Below, in pieces: positions 61,806-64,000 of a stretch of DNA of 64,000 nucleotides (within the stretch, counting starts at the first letter, position 1; each line of letters starts with the position of its first letter). Source of the DNA: Candidatus Dormiibacterota bacterium (GTDB lineage: Bacteria > Chloroflexota > Dormibacteria > Aeolococcales > Aeolococcaceae); the NCBI GenBank assembly GCA_035552595.1, contig DASZKZ010000083.1:2538-66537 (forward strand), given 5' to 3'. Both the position numbers and the translations under genes were made by a program. Under the pieces are notes generated by a model. It was not told the DNA's origin, made no database searches, and saw nothing but the letters and a program-made list of their open reading frames with translations.

Positions 61806-62666
61806 TCACCGGTGAGCGTTGGCCGCGGACAGCGGTCTGGCCACGGCAGAGATGTCGAGGTCCCCCGACTCACCCATGGGCTGCGCGAACACCTCGCGGG
61901 CCTGGCTGGTGAGCGGCGTGCGAACGTCCGCCTCAGCGTAGACGCGCAGCGCCAGGTCGAGGTCTTTGACGAGGTCGCGGACGGCGAACATGGTTGGGGT
62001 GTGCTGGTCGTGGAGGAAGCCCCGCTCGCGGGCCCTGAGGCCAGGTGCGAAGCGGGCCAGGACCGAGAACACCTGGCCGCGGTCGAGACCGGCGGCGGTT
62101 CCCGCCGCGAGCAGCTCGGCGGCGGCAGCGCTGGTGATGCCCAGCATGCTGTTGGCGATCAGCTTGAGCCGCTGCGCGCTGCCCACCTCCCCCACGTTCA
62201 GGACCTCGCCGAGATGGTCGAGCACGGGACGGGCCTGCTCGATGTCAGCTCGGCTTCCCCCGGCGAGAATCAGCAGCTGGCCGTTCTCCACCGCCGGCAC
62301 GCTGCCCACCACAGGAGCCTCGACGAGACGGGCGCCCCGTGCCAGCGCCTCGCTGGCGAGCTCGCCGGCGACCTCCGGCCCCGCGGTGCTGGTGTCGATG
62401 AGCAGCTTGCCGGTGGCGCTCGACAGCACGCCTGTCTCGCCGAGGTACACGGCGCGAACGGCCGCGTCGTTGGTGAGGCTGCTGATGACGACGTCGGCAT
62501 CGCGAGCCGCGTCTGCCGGGGTGGCGGCGACGCGGCCGATGTGCAGCTGCCCCGCCTTGTCCGGAGTGCGATTCCACAGCGTCAGGTCGAACCCGGACGC
62601 CGCCAGCCGGCGGGCCATCGCACCACCCATCTTGCCGGTGCCCAGGATCGCCACGGTGGTCATCAC
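61806..62666 (-). CDS. NAD(P)-dependent oxidoreductase, 3-hydroxyisobutyrate/6-phosphogluconate dehydrogenase-like
   Basis: VAILGTGKMGGAMARRL (GxGxxG), a GSVPAVENGQL-type middle region, KLIANSML. Confidence 0.85.
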   Translation of the reverse strand: MMTTVAILGTGKMGGAMARRLAASGFDLTLWNRTPDKAGQLHIGRVAATPADAARDADVVISSLTNDAAVRAVYLGETGVLSSATGKLLIDTSTAGPEVAGELASEALARGARLVEAPVVGSVPAVENGQLLILAGGSRADIEQARPVLDHLGEVLNVGEVGSAQRLKLIANSMLGITSAAAAELLAAGTAAGLDRGQVFSVLARFAPGLRARERGFLHDQHTPTMFAVRDLVKDLDLALRVYAEADVRTPLTSQAREVFAQPMGESGDLDISAVARPLSAANAHR

Positions 62667-63661
62667 ATACCCTCGGGTCGCGGGCCGGCCACATGCACCG
62701 CATCCGCAGTGATCTCGTCGATACGGCGCAGCACATCGTCACTCAGCTCGAGGTCCGCGGCGGCGATGGCGTCGTCGACATGGTCCGCGTTGCGCGTCCC
62801 GATGATCGCCACCTGCACAGCGGGATTGGCCAGCGTCCAGGCAACCGCGAGGCGGCTGACCGGAACACCGAGGTCGGTGGTGGCGAGCTCCTCGAGAGCC
62901 CCGACCACGCGCAGGTTGCGTGCCAACGCGTCTCCCTGGAAATCCCGGCTGTGGGCACGCCAATCGCCCTCTGAGAATCGCGCGCCCGCCTGGAGGTGAC
63001 CGCTGAGCAGGCCGTGGGCCAGCGGCCCGTACACCAGCACGCCGATGTCGCGGCTCCGGGCGTAGGGCAGGATCTCGGTCTCGATATCGCGGTGGAAGAG
63101 GTGGTACGGCGGTTGCAGCGTCTCCACCGGCAGGACGCTGCTGAACTCGTCCATCTCCTCGGAGCTGAAGTTGGAGACGCCGACGTGGCGGATCTTGCCC
63201 GCCGCCACCAGATCGGCAAGCGCTCCGGCGGTCTCGGCCAACGGCGTCTTGGGATCCGGCCAGTGCACCTGGAGCAGATCGATGTAGTCGGTGGCCAGCG
63301 CCTCCAGGCTCTCGTCGACACCCCTGCGCATCGACGCGGGGCTGGCGTCGCGCTCCACCTGCGCACCGCCGAGCGAGCGCAGGCCGCCCTTGGTCGCGAT
63401 CACCACGTCGTCGCGGCTGTACCCGTCGAGAGCCTTGGCGAGCAGCCGCTCCGACGCCCCGAAGCCGTAGCCCTGCGCGGTGTCGAAGAAGTTGATGCCC
63501 TGCTCGCGCGCGTGACGGATCGCGCCGATGGCCGCGTCCTCGTCGGTCGCGCCCCAGTCGCCACCCAGCTGCCAGGTCCCGAAGGCGATTGGCGAGACCC
63601 TCAGGGCGCTGCGCCCCAGCGCCACCCGCTTCATCTCAGTCCTGGCCTTCTGAGCCGTCAT
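62663..63661 (-). CDS. Aldo/keto reductase
   Basis: FGTWQLGGDWG, FFDTAQGYG, IATKGG, IDLLQVHWPD. ATGA overlap with the downstream dehydrogenase gene. Confidence 0.9.
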   Translation of the reverse strand: MTAQKARTEMKRVALGRSALRVSPIAFGTWQLGGDWGATDEDAAIGAIRHAREQGINFFDTAQGYGFGASERLLAKALDGYSRDDVVIATKGGLRSLGGAQVERDASPASMRRGVDESLEALATDYIDLLQVHWPDPKTPLAETAGALADLVAAGKIRHVGVSNFSSEEMDEFSSVLPVETLQPPYHLFHRDIETEILPYARSRDIGVLVYGPLAHGLLSGHLQAGARFSEGDWRAHSRDFQGDALARNLRVVGALEELATTDLGVPVSRLAVAWTLANPAVQVAIIGTRNADHVDDAIAAADLELSDDVLRRIDEITADAVHVAGPRPEGM

Positions 63662-63745
63662 GGCCCACCTCCTCTGAGTTGCGGCGCTGTCCCCTCAGCT
63701 GCGCGGGGTCTGCCCCCCTATGATCGGCCAAGTGTCCTGCCGGCG

Positions 63746-64000
63746 TCATCGCCACCACGGCACCCTGGCGGCGGCCACCGCGGCATCCACCGTCTGCTCG
63801 AGATCCGCCTCCAGCTGAGCCAGGTTCTGCACCCACTCCCCCGCGATCACCACCGCCATCGCGCCGCGCGCCTTCTCGTCACTCTCGGAGCGGCGCATGC
63901 ACCCGACGGCGGCGTCCCGCAGCGCCTCCACCGACGGTGGTTCGGGGTGCCGGCCATGCAGTGCCCTGCCGGCGAGCTCGTCGGCGAGATACCTGAGGCC
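63746..64000 (-). CDS. 3' end of an unidentified CDS (open to window edge)
   Basis: The reverse frame is open from 64000 to a stop at 63746: GLRYLADELAGRALHGRHPEPPSVEALRDAAVGCMRRSESDEKARGAMAVVIAGEWVQNL...PWWR. Third positions are G/C-rich. No motif recognised. Confidence 0.3.
   Translation of the reverse strand, partial: GLRYLADELAGRALHGRHPEPPSVEALRDAAVGCMRRSESDEKARGAMAVVIAGEWVQNLAQLEADLEQTVDAAVAAARVPWWR

Overview
Very GC-rich (about 70% by eye, not computed), gene-dense chromosomal segment from a high-GC Gram-positive-type bacterium. Much of the gene content looks actinobacterial: an Ada-AlkA/Ogt pair as in mycobacteria, a LigD polymerase domain, a PatA/HtrB-type acyltransferase, an alpha/beta FadE pair and a type III PKS phenolic-lipid cluster. 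The primary sigma factor, however, is short (368 aa) and Bacillus-like. I call 61 protein-coding genes (2 partial), one TPP riboswitch and a few candidate operator or palindrome sites. I saw no rRNA, tRNA, CRISPR array, transposase, integrase or phage genes, so this is core or accessory metabolic and signalling chromosome, not a mobile island. Most long ORFs in the six-frame track are antisense or out-of-frame shadows of real genes, typical of high-GC DNA. Several real ORFs were trimmed to internal starts using motif position, third-codon-position GC, SD sequences and 4-nt ATGA/GTGA overlaps. The loci most worth follow-up are listed here. (1) Two convergent multi-domain aromatic amino-acid fusion genes, 38824..42229. 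One is prephenate dehydrogenase fused to an ACT-less divergent PDT-like domain. The other is a four-domain chorismate mutase-PDT-ACT-DAHP synthase protein. (2) A circularly permuted ATP-grasp gene with three transglutaminase-like paralogues and no alpha-E partner, 16030..21233. (3) A tightly packed co-directional trio of LigD polymerase domain, Zn-ribbon/class III cyclase/STAND/TPR giant and exonuclease III, 28140..33568. (4) An orphan BcsA-like processive glycosyltransferase with tandem PilZ domains and no BcsB, 43460..45631. All functional calls rest on motif recognition by eye; no database search was run.
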